A stretch of 58,644 nucleotides of DNA from a virus. Lineage: Duplodnaviria; Caudoviricetes. The stretch spans positions 1 to 58,644 of IMG/VR virus record IMGVR_UViG_3300022895_000130; one strand, 5' to 3'. The translations under genes were made by a program, and so were the position numbers. The notes below the pieces were generated by a model. It had not been told where the DNA came from, did no database searches, and saw only the letters and a program-made list of their open reading frames with translations. Each line of letters begins with the position of its first letter. Position 1 is the stretch's first letter. Of this stretch, positions 1 to 9,500 are shown piece after piece.

Positions 1-240
1 GCTGTCGTCGAAGCCACGGTGCAACGTGCGCGACCGGTACTGTTGACAGCCCTGGCGGCGATCCTGGCGTTCATTCCCCTGACACACTCGGTGTTCTGGG
101 GGACGTTGGCCTATACCCTGATTGGCGGTACGCTCGTCGGCACCGTCATGACGCTGGTGTTCCTGCCCGCGATGTACTCGATCTGGTTCAAGATCGGTCC
201 CGACGCCAGGGCGCGGGCTGCAATAGTCAAACCGATGTAG
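1..240 (+). CDS. RND efflux permease (AcrB/AcrD/AcrF family), C-terminal part; gene begins before the window
   Basis: Open from base 1; RARPVLLTALAAILAFIPL...GG...T..TL.FLPA.Y is the typical last-two-TM signature of RND permeases. Confidence 0.85.
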   Translation, partial: AVVEATVQRARPVLLTALAAILAFIPLTHSVFWGTLAYTLIGGTLVGTVMTLVFLPAMYSIWFKIGPDARARAAIVKPM

Positions 241-367
241 CGATAAATGCAGGAAATCGAGGCCCGTTCTGGCGGGCCTCTTTGTCCGCGCACGTGAACA
301 GCCTGGCGCTATTGGCTCGTCATTTCCAAACCCCGGAAACGTCCGCGTGAGCCCTTGGTGCCAGAGC

Positions 368-835
368 TTATGAAATCGTGTACCAGTGGAAATGGATGTA
401 CTCGTCTTCATACTCCGCGAACAGTGAAACGATGAAATCCGTCTTCATTGAGTACATCAACAACGCTCCGACAAAACCTGTCGGCTCATGCAGCGGTTGC
501 TTGAGCGGAGCAATCAAATCAATCGTCCGATCCACAATCATCTGATTGAAAACAGCTTCCGGGATTTTCTCAAACTTGGCGTCGGATACGTGTTGCGGGA
601 AACGGCTGTCACTTTCAGGTCGCCAATCCAGGTACTCCGCCTGGAGCCAGAATTTCAGTCCGTCTTCACCATGCCGTTTGGGTGCGCGAGTTATTCTGAT
701 GGTCTCCTGCGACTCAGAATATCGAAAGGCGTCGTTTGGATAGGTGACGTAGTAGAGACCGCGATATTCACTTCGTGCAGCACTACAAATCTGCTGGTCA
801 CTCGATAGTTGATCGAAATCGCTTCTGTCGAACAT
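368..835 (-). CDS. hypothetical protein
   Basis: 155 aa ATG ORF between recognisable genes; no motif recognised. Confidence 0.6.
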   Translation of the reverse strand: MFDRSDFDQLSSDQQICSAARSEYRGLYYVTYPNDAFRYSESQETIRITRAPKRHGEDGLKFWLQAEYLDWRPESDSRFPQHVSDAKFEKIPEAVFNQMIVDRTIDLIAPLKQPLHEPTGFVGALLMYSMKTDFIVSLFAEYEDEYIHFHWYTIS

Positions 836-942
836 GTAAATACCTGCGGTTTACTTCGTGCAATTGGGCTGGAGCGCGCGATGTTAGCAAAATAGTCTTG
901 CCGATTTTTCCAGGAGGCGTCTTCACCCCGTTTTGGCCAGAC

Positions 943-1944
943 TCAAAGCAAGTCTTCAGGCTGCATCGTCAGAATGATTTTCCCGACGTTCTCGGAAGAC
1001 TCCATTCGGCGGTGAGCATCGGCAGCCCGTGATAACGCAAACGTGCTATCGACGACAGGCTCAAGGCTTCCGGCCCCTTCAAAGCGATCAAGCCAGTGCT
1101 CGCGGAAGCGCTTGATCATGTCGTGCTTCTCCGGCTGCGTACGCGACTTCATCACCGTACCGATGATTTGCAAATGGCGGTAAAGAATGTCCTCCAGCGC
1201 TACGGTCACGTTGCCGCCTGCGCCGAGGATGCCCACCTGAACCAGGCGACCGCCCTTTGCAAGGGATGCGATGTTGCGTGCGAAATAGGGCGCCCCGATA
1301 AAGTCGATGATGACATCGACGCCGCGACCCTGGGTTTTGGCGGCGATTACGTCAGCGAAATCCTGCGTCTTGTAGTCGATCGCCACGTCAGCGCCCAAAT
1401 GCTCGACACGCGCCAACTTGCTGCCTTCGGCCGTCGCATACACCGTGGCACCCGTGGCATAAGCCAGCTGCACCGCGGCAGACCCGACGCCGCCGGCGGC
1501 CGCATGAATCAACACTGAATCGCCGGCCTTGAGCCGAGCCAGATGCATCATCGCTTCATGGGCCGTGACGAAGACCTCTGGAATAGCCGCCGCGTGTACA
1601 TAGTCAAGCTGCGCCGGGATGTGCATGGCCATGCGGTAATCGATGCGTGCCAGTTCGGCGTAGGCACCGCCTCCGACCACGCCCATGATTCGATCACCTG
1701 CTTCGAACCCCGTCACCGCGCTACCTTTCCCGATCACTTCGCCGGCGATTTCCAGGCCGATGATCAGCGAGTCGCCGAAATTCGGATGGCCGTACCCACC
1801 GGTTCGATGCGTCAGATCCGCACGGTTCACCCCGGCGGCATAGACACGTACCAGCAGGTCGTCAGGCCGCACTTCAGGATTGGCGACTTCGACGAGTTCA
1901 AGGACGTCTGGCGCACCGAATTGTCTGATGTTGATGGCTTTCAT
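943..1944 (-). CDS. NAD(P)H-quinone oxidoreductase (MDR/PIG3-like)
   Basis: GVNRAD, GLEIAGEV, HAAAGGVGSAAVQLA, C-terminal GKIIL motifs. Confidence 0.9.
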   Translation of the reverse strand: MKAINIRQFGAPDVLELVEVANPEVRPDDLLVRVYAAGVNRADLTHRTGGYGHPNFGDSLIIGLEIAGEVIGKGSAVTGFEAGDRIMGVVGGGAYAELARIDYRMAMHIPAQLDYVHAAAIPEVFVTAHEAMMHLARLKAGDSVLIHAAAGGVGSAAVQLAYATGATVYATAEGSKLARVEHLGADVAIDYKTQDFADVIAAKTQGRGVDVIIDFIGAPYFARNIASLAKGGRLVQVGILGAGGNVTVALEDILYRHLQIIGTVMKSRTQPEKHDMIKRFREHWLDRFEGAGSLEPVVDSTFALSRAADAHRRMESSENVGKIILTMQPEDLL

Positions 1945-2277
1945 TCAGTTGTTCTCCGTTTCGCTGAACGTGGCGTTGGCAATAGCAGAAGCAGTGATGG
2001 CGCCAGGGAAGCCCACATAGAAAGCCAGGTGCGTGATCGCTGCCGCCAGTTCGCCTTGGGTTACACCGTTGCCAGCCGCGCGGCGTAAGTGGGCAGGCAA
2101 CTCTTCCGAGTGACCAGCGGCAATCAATGCCGCCACGGTGATCAGGCTACGGTCGCGCGGGGACAGCGCGGGATCGCTCCAGATTTGCGGATAAAGCGTC
2201 GAGTCGACGAATTGCGCCAGCTTTGGCGTGAACGCGCGCGCGGCTTCGCGAGGACTGCTGAAATTGAGCTTGGACAT
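1945..2277 (-). CDS. carboxymuconolactone decarboxylase family protein
   Basis: LSPRDRSLITVAALIA...HL..A..NGVT..EL...ITHLAFYVGFP motif. Confidence 0.9.
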   Translation of the reverse strand: MSKLNFSSPREAARAFTPKLAQFVDSTLYPQIWSDPALSPRDRSLITVAALIAAGHSEELPAHLRRAAGNGVTQGELAAAITHLAFYVGFPGAITASAIANATFSETENN

Positions 2278-2288
2278 GGGCGAACTCC

Positions 2289-3725
2289 TTAAACCTGGCT
2301 GATGAATTTGTGGGTGAGATAGTGCTCGATACCTTCAATGCCACCTTCGGAGCCGTGACCGCTTTCTTTCATCCCGCCGAAGGGGAGCTCGGTAGCGACG
2401 ATGCGGTATTGGTTGATCCCGATCATCCCGGCCTCCAATCCGTCCGCGACGTCAATGGCCGTGCGAGCGCTGGTGGTGAACGCATAGGCAGAGAGGCCGT
2501 AGGGCAGGCGGTTGGCTTCTTTCAAACCATCTGCCAGTTCATCGAACGGCATCAGCACGGCGATAGGGCCGAAAGGCTCTTCGTGCATCACGCGGGCATC
2601 CATCGGCACATCCGCCAGAACCGTGGGTTGGAAGAAGTAGCCTTCGCCTGACAAGGCTTCACCACCGACCAATACCCGCGCACCTTTTTCGACGGCATCG
2701 GCGACCAGTTCTTCCATTTTTGCCAATTGCCTTGGGTTGGCCAGGGGGCCGACCTGCGTGTCTGGATGCAGGCCGTCACCTATTCTCAGCGCTTGGGTCG
2801 CTGCGACAAAGTGATCGACGAAGGCTTGATAGGCACCACGCTGGATCAGAAACCGAGTGGATGAAATGCACACTTGCCCGGTCCCGCGAAACCGATTGGC
2901 GACACCTTCGATGGCGGCTTTTTCAATGTCGGCATCTTCGAACACCAGCACCGGTCCGTGCCCACCCAGTTCAAGGGTGATGGGCTTCACGCCTTCGGCA
3001 GCTCGTGCAGACAGCAGGCGCCCGATCGGCACTGAACCGGTGAAGGTCACTTTGCGAATGATCGGCGAGGCGATTAGATGGCTGGACACTTGATCCGGTA
3101 CGCCAAAGACCACTTGCAGTACACCTTTGGGCAATCCAGCATCATCGAGTGCACGCGCAAGGGCCAGCGCTGTGGAGGGGCTTTCTTCACCTGGCTTGAG
3201 AATGACGCTGCAACCCGCAGCCAGCGCTGCCGCGAGTTTGCGTGCCGGGGTGATGGCCGGGAAATTCCAGGGCGTGAATGCGGCCACCGGGCCGATGGCC
3301 TGGCGTTTGACCAGTTGCAGCACGCCTGGTCGATTGGCCGGGACCACACGGCCATCGATTCGCCGGGCACTTTCGGCGAACCATTCGAAATACTCCGCCG
3401 CGCGGGTCACTTCATCCAGGCTTTCACCCAGCGGTTTGCCTTCCTCCAGGGTCATCTGCGCAGCAATCTGCGGTGCACGTTCGAGGATCAGGTCGGCGGC
3501 ACGTTTTAGAATTTTTGCGCGTTTGTCGGGTACGGTCTGGCGCCACTGCTCGAAGCTCAGTCGAGTCACTGCCAGGGCGTGATCAAGATCGTCTGCGGTG
3601 GAGAGTGGGACGCGTCCGATTTCCCGGCCGGTTGCCGGGTTAACGACGGCGACAGTCTCGCGCCCTTCGGCGTTGAGCCATTCACCACCGATGAAAAGAT
3701 AAAGCGGATCGTAGGAAGTCTTCAT
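2289..3725 (-). CDS. NAD-dependent aldehyde dehydrogenase (succinate-semialdehyde dehydrogenase-like)
   Basis: TPWNFP, FTGS, LELGG, GQVC catalytic Cys, EEPFGP, PFGGMKESG. Confidence 0.92.
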   Translation of the reverse strand: MKTSYDPLYLFIGGEWLNAEGRETVAVVNPATGREIGRVPLSTADDLDHALAVTRLSFEQWRQTVPDKRAKILKRAADLILERAPQIAAQMTLEEGKPLGESLDEVTRAAEYFEWFAESARRIDGRVVPANRPGVLQLVKRQAIGPVAAFTPWNFPAITPARKLAAALAAGCSVILKPGEESPSTALALARALDDAGLPKGVLQVVFGVPDQVSSHLIASPIIRKVTFTGSVPIGRLLSARAAEGVKPITLELGGHGPVLVFEDADIEKAAIEGVANRFRGTGQVCISSTRFLIQRGAYQAFVDHFVAATQALRIGDGLHPDTQVGPLANPRQLAKMEELVADAVEKGARVLVGGEALSGEGYFFQPTVLADVPMDARVMHEEPFGPIAVLMPFDELADGLKEANRLPYGLSAYAFTTSARTAIDVADGLEAGMIGINQYRIVATELPFGGMKESGHGSEGGIEGIEHYLTHKFISQV

Positions 3726-3960
3726 GATGTGGCCTTCAGTTGGTTGTGAGATTCGTATGAAGCTCGGTGCCTGATTGGCTGTGCTGCAAAGCCAGATCAG
3801 GAAGCTTGTGCAAACAAGTCTATGGAAGGAGGGCCCGTTGATTTAGTCGGGCCAAAGGGAATCATTGTTGTCCGCAGAGGTAATATCGGGCTGCGGGCCG
3901 ACCGTGTAGCATCCTGAAAAAAGCGGTATCACGGGTGAGCGCCAGATCTACAGGAAGGTC

Positions 3961-4890
3961 GTGATGGATAAGCTTTCGAACATGTCGGTGTACATAAAGG
4001 TTGTCGAGATGGGCAGTTTCACGGCCGTGGCCAATCATCTGGACTCCACGGTCGGTAACGTATCGCGTGCTGTATCTGCGCTTGAAAACGTGCTCGACGC
4101 ACGACTGTTGCAGCGCTCGACGCGGCGCCTGTCGGTCACCGATGCGGGGCGACGGTTCTATGAGCGCTGCACGAAAATTCTGGCTGATCTGGAAAGTGCC
4201 GAAGCCGAAGCCAGCAATGCGGCGCTGGAGCCTCGGGGAACACTGCGGGTGCATTGCGTTCCCGGGCTGGCTCGGCATCTGGTCACGCGGGCCGTGCTGG
4301 AGTACCGCCAGCAATTCCCGGAGGTGTCCGTGGATTTACTGCTTTCGCAACGAATGCCAAACCTGCTGGAAGACCAACTGGATGTCTCGATTCTGATCGC
4401 CCGAGCGCTGCCCGATTCCGCGTACGTCAGCCAAAAGATCGGTGTCAGCCACTGTGTTCTGGTGGCGTCGCCAGACTACCTTGCCCGGCATGCGCCTCTT
4501 GAGACGCCTGAAGATCTGCGTGATCACCAGTGTTTGCTGCTGGGTACGGTGGACTATGCGCGGGATGAGTGGCAGCTCAAAAGCAAGGCGGGGGACGCGA
4601 CATTTATCCCGACAGGGCCGAGTTTCAGCGTCAACGATATGGATGCGATGGCGCTTGCCATTCGAGAGGGTGCCGGGATTGGCTTGCTGGCCGGGTTCAC
4701 GGCCATCGACGACCTGCGCTCCGGCAAGCTGGTGCGGGTTTTGCCTGACTACCATACCTACGAGCGTAACGTGTATGCCGTCTATACCTCGCGACAGTTC
4801 GTCGATGCAAAAATCACGCGTTTCATCGAAACGTTGAAAGATCAGGTTGGCAGTCAGCTGGCAGCCACGGCCAAAGCACTTATCGGTTGA
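3961..4890 (+). CDS. LysR family transcriptional regulator, divergent from the 943-3725 operon
   Basis: N-terminal GSFTAVA...VSRAVSALE..L..RLLQRSTRRLSVTDAG HTH; 309 aa. Confidence 0.93.
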   Translation: MMDKLSNMSVYIKVVEMGSFTAVANHLDSTVGNVSRAVSALENVLDARLLQRSTRRLSVTDAGRRFYERCTKILADLESAEAEASNAALEPRGTLRVHCVPGLARHLVTRAVLEYRQQFPEVSVDLLLSQRMPNLLEDQLDVSILIARALPDSAYVSQKIGVSHCVLVASPDYLARHAPLETPEDLRDHQCLLLGTVDYARDEWQLKSKAGDATFIPTGPSFSVNDMDAMALAIREGAGIGLLAGFTAIDDLRSGKLVRVLPDYHTYERNVYAVYTSRQFVDAKITRFIETLKDQVGSQLAATAKALIG

Positions 4891-4966
4891 AACACTGCGG
4901 GGCAGAAAGGTATTTGCGCCTCGATGAAGCAACTTCCCGAGGCGCAATGATCGGCGAACAGGTTAC

Positions 4967-5218
4967 TTAGCCCTGGCTGCAGCGGCCCATGACGTTATAG
5001 GCCAGTACGTGTTGTTTGCCTTGCGAATCCTGGTAGGTCATGTGTGTCGGTACGACTGCACAAATATCCGGCACCGGGTCTTCAGAGATGACCTTGGCGA
5101 CATCAAGGTGGGTGCCGTAGCCATATTGCTCGACCTGTTGATTCTTGGCAGTACCGTCCTGTGCCGCTACCACAGAGCTGAAGCCCAAGAGTGCGACGAT
5201 GATCATTGCAGTTTTCAT
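4967..5218 (-). CDS. DUF2790 family small secreted protein
   Basis: Signal peptide; YGYGTHLDVAKVIS...C.VVP..MTY.DSQG motif. Confidence 0.8.
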   Translation of the reverse strand: MKTAMIIVALLGFSSVVAAQDGTAKNQQVEQYGYGTHLDVAKVISEDPVPDICAVVPTHMTYQDSQGKQHVLAYNVMGRCSQG

Positions 5219-5551
5219 GATGAGATTTCCTGAAGTAAGTTTGATCTTGCTGGCAGGACGAACTTTAGGCTTGAGGGTTTTGTGGAAACAGGAGTGAATC
5301 AGGGAAAGACTTTTCTACATTCCGAACACAATCGTCAGGTTTCGGACGTCAGAACGCTTGATTTTGGGACTGTCGGCTTTTGACTGAAAACTGCATGTTG
5401 AAGACAGCTGCCTCCCTCAGTTGCGAGGTGGAGACAACTAATTTTTTTTGGGGGGGGCGCCGCCTTGTCGGAAGAGCAGGGGGTGCGGAAGTGACCGAAA
5501 AGATGCGCAAACCATCCTGAGGGAGAGGAGTAAAATTCCTGGAAGCCAGAA

Positions 5552-5585
5552 ACGACAAAGCCCTGAATAATCAGGGCTTTGTCGT
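5552..5585 (-). terminator. hairpin downstream of the tRNA 3' remnant (host-side tRNA terminator)
   Basis: ACGACAAAGCCCTGA-ATAA-TCAGGGCTTTGTCGT perfect inverted repeat. Confidence 0.7.
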
Positions 5586-5592
5586 ACATAAG

Positions 5593-5653
5593 ATGGCGGA
5601 GGCGATGGGATTCGAACTCATGGACCTGTTACAGTCGACGGTTTTCAAGACCG
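5593..5653. repeat. prophage attachment core, left junction (3' part of tRNA-Ser)
   Basis: 61 bp identical to 58519-58579; adjacent to the integrase. Confidence 0.95.
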
Positions 5654-5693
5654 CTAAATAGATTCAATCGGGCTGCGCGTTATAGCTGTTTTT

Positions 5694-5768
5694 CGTTCCA
5701 TTACTTTCACTTTTCAGCACCCCTACAGACCGCATTCTACAAGGGGTGCGCTTCGAGTTATGGAACGC
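5694..5768. promoter_or_regulatory. putative integrase arm-type sites, left junction
   Basis: AGTTATGGAACGC at 5756-5768 and inverted variant CGTTCCATTACT at 5694-5705; same motif twice at the right junction. Confidence 0.7.
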
Positions 5769-5777
5769 ATTTTTTCA

Positions 5778-6827
5778 CTATTTCGACGGCTTCGCGATGG
5801 CCCCGACGCGCCGATAAACTCGCTCGGTGATATCGCCTTTCGTGTGACCCAGAAGCAGACTTGCATCGCCGATATCGCTGATTTCCGACGCGGCTTTCGG
5901 ACGGATATCACGGAACTGGAACTCACCGATCCGGCTGGCCAACAGTTCATCACCCTGTTCAAGGGCGTCCTGTTTTGCCTTTTCCCGCGAAGCGTCCCAG
6001 CGCTTCCTCAGCATTGTGGCCGTCATCCGTTTACCGCTCCGGTTGATGATCAGGTAACTCGAAACGTGCTGGGCATTTCGCTCTGTGATTGCTGCGATCA
6101 GCTTGCCCAGGCTGTTTGATTCCCCGCCGGTCGTGATCTGGATGCGAAGCTTCTTCTGCGTCTTGTTTTGCTGAACGGTCAGATACCCGCCTTCAACATC
6201 ATCCTTCCTCATGACCAGCACGTCTGCCGGCCGCTGGCCGGTCAGGTATGCCAGGTCCATCGCTTCTTTCAGCTCCTGAGCTGCCTTCTTGTACACTGCC
6301 TCCCAAACCACATCATTCGCGTAATAGTCCCTCGGCGTTTCCTTGTTCTTGCGCACGCCCTGACAGGGGTTTTCCTTTGTCGTCAGGCCCCACTCCCGGG
6401 CAATGTTGAAAATGTGGGAGAGGGTAGCGATCTCGCGGTTGGCCCTGACCTTTGCCGATCGGGCATCACGATAGCCGGCAATCGTTGCCGGCGTGATCGA
6501 GTCAATCGGCGCGCTGTCGAACATCGGTCGCAGCTGTTTGATTTCCGCCAGGTTGTCCTTCTGCGTGCGCGGCGCCTTCTTGGGCACCACGTCGCGGATG
6601 TACCGATCGAAGATGCCTTTCATGGTGCGCAGGTCGAGCGGCTTTTCCTTGGCTTCCAGCTCGGCCCACTTCAATCTGGCTTTATCGAGATCCTTGCCCA
6701 GTGGTATGTCTTTGCCGAGCAGGTCACGGTAGTAGTAGGCCGTCCAGATGGTACCGTTCTTGCGTTTTCGGGATCGTTTGTACATCCGTGGGGGAAGATG
6801 ATGGTGCTCGGTCTTGCGGGGGCGCAT
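5778..6827 (-). CDS. int: tyrosine recombinase (phage integrase)
   Basis: LTGQR, FRDIRPK, LLGH, T..VY catalytic motifs; next to att. Confidence 0.95.
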   Translation of the reverse strand: MRPRKTEHHHLPPRMYKRSRKRKNGTIWTAYYYRDLLGKDIPLGKDLDKARLKWAELEAKEKPLDLRTMKGIFDRYIRDVVPKKAPRTQKDNLAEIKQLRPMFDSAPIDSITPATIAGYRDARSAKVRANREIATLSHIFNIAREWGLTTKENPCQGVRKNKETPRDYYANDVVWEAVYKKAAQELKEAMDLAYLTGQRPADVLVMRKDDVEGGYLTVQQNKTQKKLRIQITTGGESNSLGKLIAAITERNAQHVSSYLIINRSGKRMTATMLRKRWDASREKAKQDALEQGDELLASRIGEFQFRDIRPKAASEISDIGDASLLLGHTKGDITERVYRRVGAIAKPSK

Positions 6828-6828
6828 A

Positions 6829-7071
6829 TCAGTTCACTCGCGAATAGTCTGGCGTCCATGCCGGCGCGGCCGGTGGCGGGTTGGGGTCGGCAATCGTAGG
6901 GCTGATCATGCCCAGCTTCATGCGGGCGTACATGCGGCCCACCAGCGGGCGCTTGCCTCTGCTTTCGACGAACACCCACTGGCGATCAATCAGCCAGCGG
7001 CGTTGGTAGGCCCTGGCCTTGTAGCCGGTGAGCTCGGCCAATTCCTCGTCGGAGAGGATTTCGGTTTCCAT
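6829..7071 (-). CDS. DUF4224 family protein, putative excisionase
   Basis: LSDEELAELTGYK....Q.RWL motif; directly upstream of int; start chosen at METEIL after GGAG. Confidence 0.75.
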   Translation of the reverse strand: METEILSDEELAELTGYKARAYQRRWLIDRQWVFVESRGKRPLVGRMYARMKLGMISPTIADPNPPPAAPAWTPDYSRVN

Positions 7072-7106
7072 GGGATTCTCCACGCCGCCGGCGGCGGCAG
7101 AAGGTT

Positions 7107-7262
7107 TTAATGAAGGGTCACGCTGTCCTGCCCTGGGGCGATGGCGCGAGCCTGTTGTTCGGTGCGGAAGGACATGTGCTGTTTGGTGCCGTTGCAGTCA
7201 GCGATCACCCACCAATAACCGCCGAAGCGGTGCGGGCCCTTGATGATCTTCGTGATGGTCAT
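7107..7262 (-). CDS. small hypothetical protein (51 aa, MTITKIIKGPHRFGGYWW...)
   Basis: Manually translated; AAGGAAG RBS; fills gap in left operon. Confidence 0.6.
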   Translation of the reverse strand: MTITKIIKGPHRFGGYWWVIADCNGTKQHMSFRTEQQARAIAPGQDSVTLH

Positions 7263-7292
7263 GGCGCACTTCCTTGCCCGAGTGGGCGGAGG

Positions 7293-7904
7293 TTACTGAG
7301 TGGCTTTCGCGATGGTTTGTTCGAAGCGCGCGGCGAGACCAGCATTTACCTCGGCCTTCGCCGTGCTCTCGTCAGTGCCTTTGTCACGGTGCAGCCGCTC
7401 GTACCGACGCAGGGTGGCGGCTGCCTCCCGTAGGTCGACCAGCAACTCGTCGCGCTCGGAAGTCAGCTTGAGGGCGTGCTGGCGCAGGTGGTCAGCGTCA
7501 TCCATCCACTCCTGAGCCAGGATCTCGAAGTGCTCGGCTGGCTTCCAAGGTGACGGGATCACGTTCGATATCCAGTCGGTCCACATCTCGACGCTTTCGC
7601 CACGCGCAATACGCTCGGCTTTCATCTGGTCACCGCAGTCGCGGATTTCTTTTGCCCGCCGCTCTGCATCTTCCCTGTCCATGCAGGGGTATTCTTCTCC
7701 CGGGCCTGGGCTGTGAATTGCCCAGAGCTGCAGCGCTGGCTCGGCAAGAATGCCGCGCAGCTCGAGGATGTCGCTGGCGCTCGCGCCCGTTTGTTCAAGG
7801 GCTTTCAGGCCTTGCTCCGCTAAGGCACGTGGCAAGGTGACAACCTCGATCGCAGGAGCGGACGGAGCGGTGAGGATCGCGATTTGTTGTTCAATCGTGA
7901 GCAC
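7293..7904 (-). CDS. phage hypothetical protein
   Basis: ORF track; GTG start after GAGG chosen. Confidence 0.7.
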   Translation of the reverse strand: MLTIEQQIAILTAPSAPAIEVVTLPRALAEQGLKALEQTGASASDILELRGILAEPALQLWAIHSPGPGEEYPCMDREDAERRAKEIRDCGDQMKAERIARGESVEMWTDWISNVIPSPWKPAEHFEILAQEWMDDADHLRQHALKLTSERDELLVDLREAAATLRRYERLHRDKGTDESTAKAEVNAGLAARFEQTIAKATQ

Positions 7905-7955
7905 GGGAATTCCTCGCCCGCCGTACACCGGCAGGCTGTTGAGTAGGGGGAGGGG

Positions 7956-8681
7956 TTATAAAGCGAGTTCGACTTGTGCTTCGCGCTGCCAGATCGGGGA
8001 ACTGTTGTGTGCTTCGATTCGATCCGCGATGACGTTGGCGCGCTGGCCGGCAGTGGGCGGGGCGTACATCCCGAAACGGCTGATGCTTCCGCCGTTCACT
8101 GCGGCGTTCGTGGAATCGGCTGAAGCGAAGGGAAGGTGCTGGAAAATCGCAGGATCAAGCATGCGCAGACCGTGTAGCCGGCACACCGGTCGGCCCTGAT
8201 CGTCACAGATCGCGTCCATCGCAGCACCCATCCGCTTCCACCATGATCCTGTGCCCGGCGCAGCCCATTGCCCAGAACTTCCGAGGGCAACCGTCCGCCA
8301 GCACCTCGCCAGCCGCTGCAGCCGCTCAAGCGATTCGTGCAAGTGCCATACAGGCACGCCGCGAAGATCCTCTGGCCATTGCCGTACAAGTTCGTCGTTG
8401 GCCTCTTCATCACCATCAATGACGTCCGGAATAAGCGCCCAAGTGAATCCAGGGTGTCGGTGCCAGTCTTCGACCCAGCGCGTGTAGCCGTCGACGTCCA
8501 CCTGGCCGCCTTTCTTCCACACAGTGAATGCGCCGTTATCGAAAACAAACGATTTGCAAACATCGGCGACGATGCCGAGATCGTCCTTGCGTGGGAACGG
8601 CACCAGCGCGTGCCGCCCGGCCAGGAACTTAGCGGCATCCTCGCGCTTACCGCCGACAGGCGTGCCGTGGTAATGAATCAT
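7956..8681 (-). CDS. TGT-fold transglycosylase-like protein (DpdA-like)
   Basis: FVFDNGAF, IPDVI, PVWH, ALGS, LHGL, SADST motifs in TGT/DpdA order. Confidence 0.75.
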   Translation of the reverse strand: MIHYHGTPVGGKREDAAKFLAGRHALVPFPRKDDLGIVADVCKSFVFDNGAFTVWKKGGQVDVDGYTRWVEDWHRHPGFTWALIPDVIDGDEEANDELVRQWPEDLRGVPVWHLHESLERLQRLARCWRTVALGSSGQWAAPGTGSWWKRMGAAMDAICDDQGRPVCRLHGLRMLDPAIFQHLPFASADSTNAAVNGGSISRFGMYAPPTAGQRANVIADRIEAHNSSPIWQREAQVELAL

Positions 8682-8923
8682 CCGCTGAGCCTCACCGTTT
8701 CGATTTCCACGCCCTGGTGTGTGGCGATGATGGTCTGATCGCCGCCGAGCGTTTCGGACAAGCTGTCGGCGATTTGCTCGTGCCAGCCATGCTTGATCAG
8801 TGCCGTCGCCGTTTTGATGTGTTCAACATGGATCATCGATGTCGATCGCAATTCAAGGCGGTAGATGATCGTTTCGCCGTCGGCTGGACAGACTGCTGCG
8901 AAGGTGTGCCGGTAGATGTTCAT
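8678..8923 (-). CDS. small T-fold, QueF/QueF-L-like protein
   Basis: F.AVCP, VE, WHEQIAD, terminal H.GVEIETV strand; ATGA overlap with the TGT-like gene. Confidence 0.65.
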   Translation of the reverse strand: MNIYRHTFAAVCPADGETIIYRLELRSTSMIHVEHIKTATALIKHGWHEQIADSLSETLGGDQTIIATHQGVEIETVRLSG

Positions 8924-9012
8924 CGCCACGGCCCCTTGTAGATGAGGTAGGCCATGTAGAGCGGGGAGCCAGCCGTGAGAACGGGGAGCAGAGCGGGGAT
9001 CAGGAAGAACAT
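8920..9012 (-). CDS. 30-aa hydrophobic peptide (MFFLIPALLPVLTAGSPLYMAYLIYKGPWR)
   Basis: Manually translated; GGAGG RBS; stop overlaps next ATG. Confidence 0.5.
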   Translation of the reverse strand: MFFLIPALLPVLTAGSPLYMAYLIYKGPWR

Positions 9013-9500
9013 GGCTTCACCTCCTTTGCAGCGCGCTGCTCTTCGTGGAATTTCAGCACCTCTCCCATGCCGGCGTTGACCCCAACAATCTCCCGATCGA
9101 AGTAGGCCTGGGCGTCAGTCTCGCCCTCCGGCGGGAGCTGACCCGGCCCAACCAGTGAGTTGTAAATCCACTCCATGGCTGCGACAGGGCCTTTCCCGTG
9201 CTCCTCCTCGATGAGCGCCGAACGCATGGCCAAGATGTAGCGGCCGAACATCAAATCCATTTCCTTGATCATGATGCGGCGTGTTTCGCTTTCGGCGATC
9301 AGTGTCAGCACTGCGGCAGGGTTGGCGGCGGCAATGAATGCCGCGTTCTTCAAGTTGTCCGGCCCCTGGCAATCGACAATCACAAAGCCACTGTTCAGCT
9401 GGTCGCTCTCTGCCGACATGACCTGTCGCTCGCCATCGGTGCACCACTTACCTTTTGTGGCCGCCTCGGCCAGTTGTTTCAGTTTTGAATGGACGCTCAT
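9000..9500 (-). CDS. Ead/Ea22-like family protein
   Basis: LKQLAEAATKGKW...NAAFIAAANPAAVL.LI.E motif. Confidence 0.85.
   Translation of the reverse strand: MSVHSKLKQLAEAATKGKWCTDGERQVMSAESDQLNSGFVIVDCQGPDNLKNAAFIAAANPAAVLTLIAESETRRIMIKEMDLMFGRYILAMRSALIEEEHGKGPVAAMEWIYNSLVGPGQLPPEGETDAQAYFDREIVGVNAGMGEVLKFHEEQRAAKEVKPCSS

Noticed and set aside
943-4890. Host oxidoreductase/LysR cluster as a novel pathway
   Set aside because: Common families in an ordinary divergent arrangement; the substrate cannot be inferred from sequence.
5442-5457. T8-G8 homopolymer as a phase-variation tract
   Set aside because: Intergenic with no evident gene or promoter to control; may also be a sequencing-error-prone run.
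5594-5653. Second tRNA-Ser gene
   Set aside because: Only the 3' 60 nt are present; the D-arm and 5' acceptor strand are missing. It is the att duplicate.
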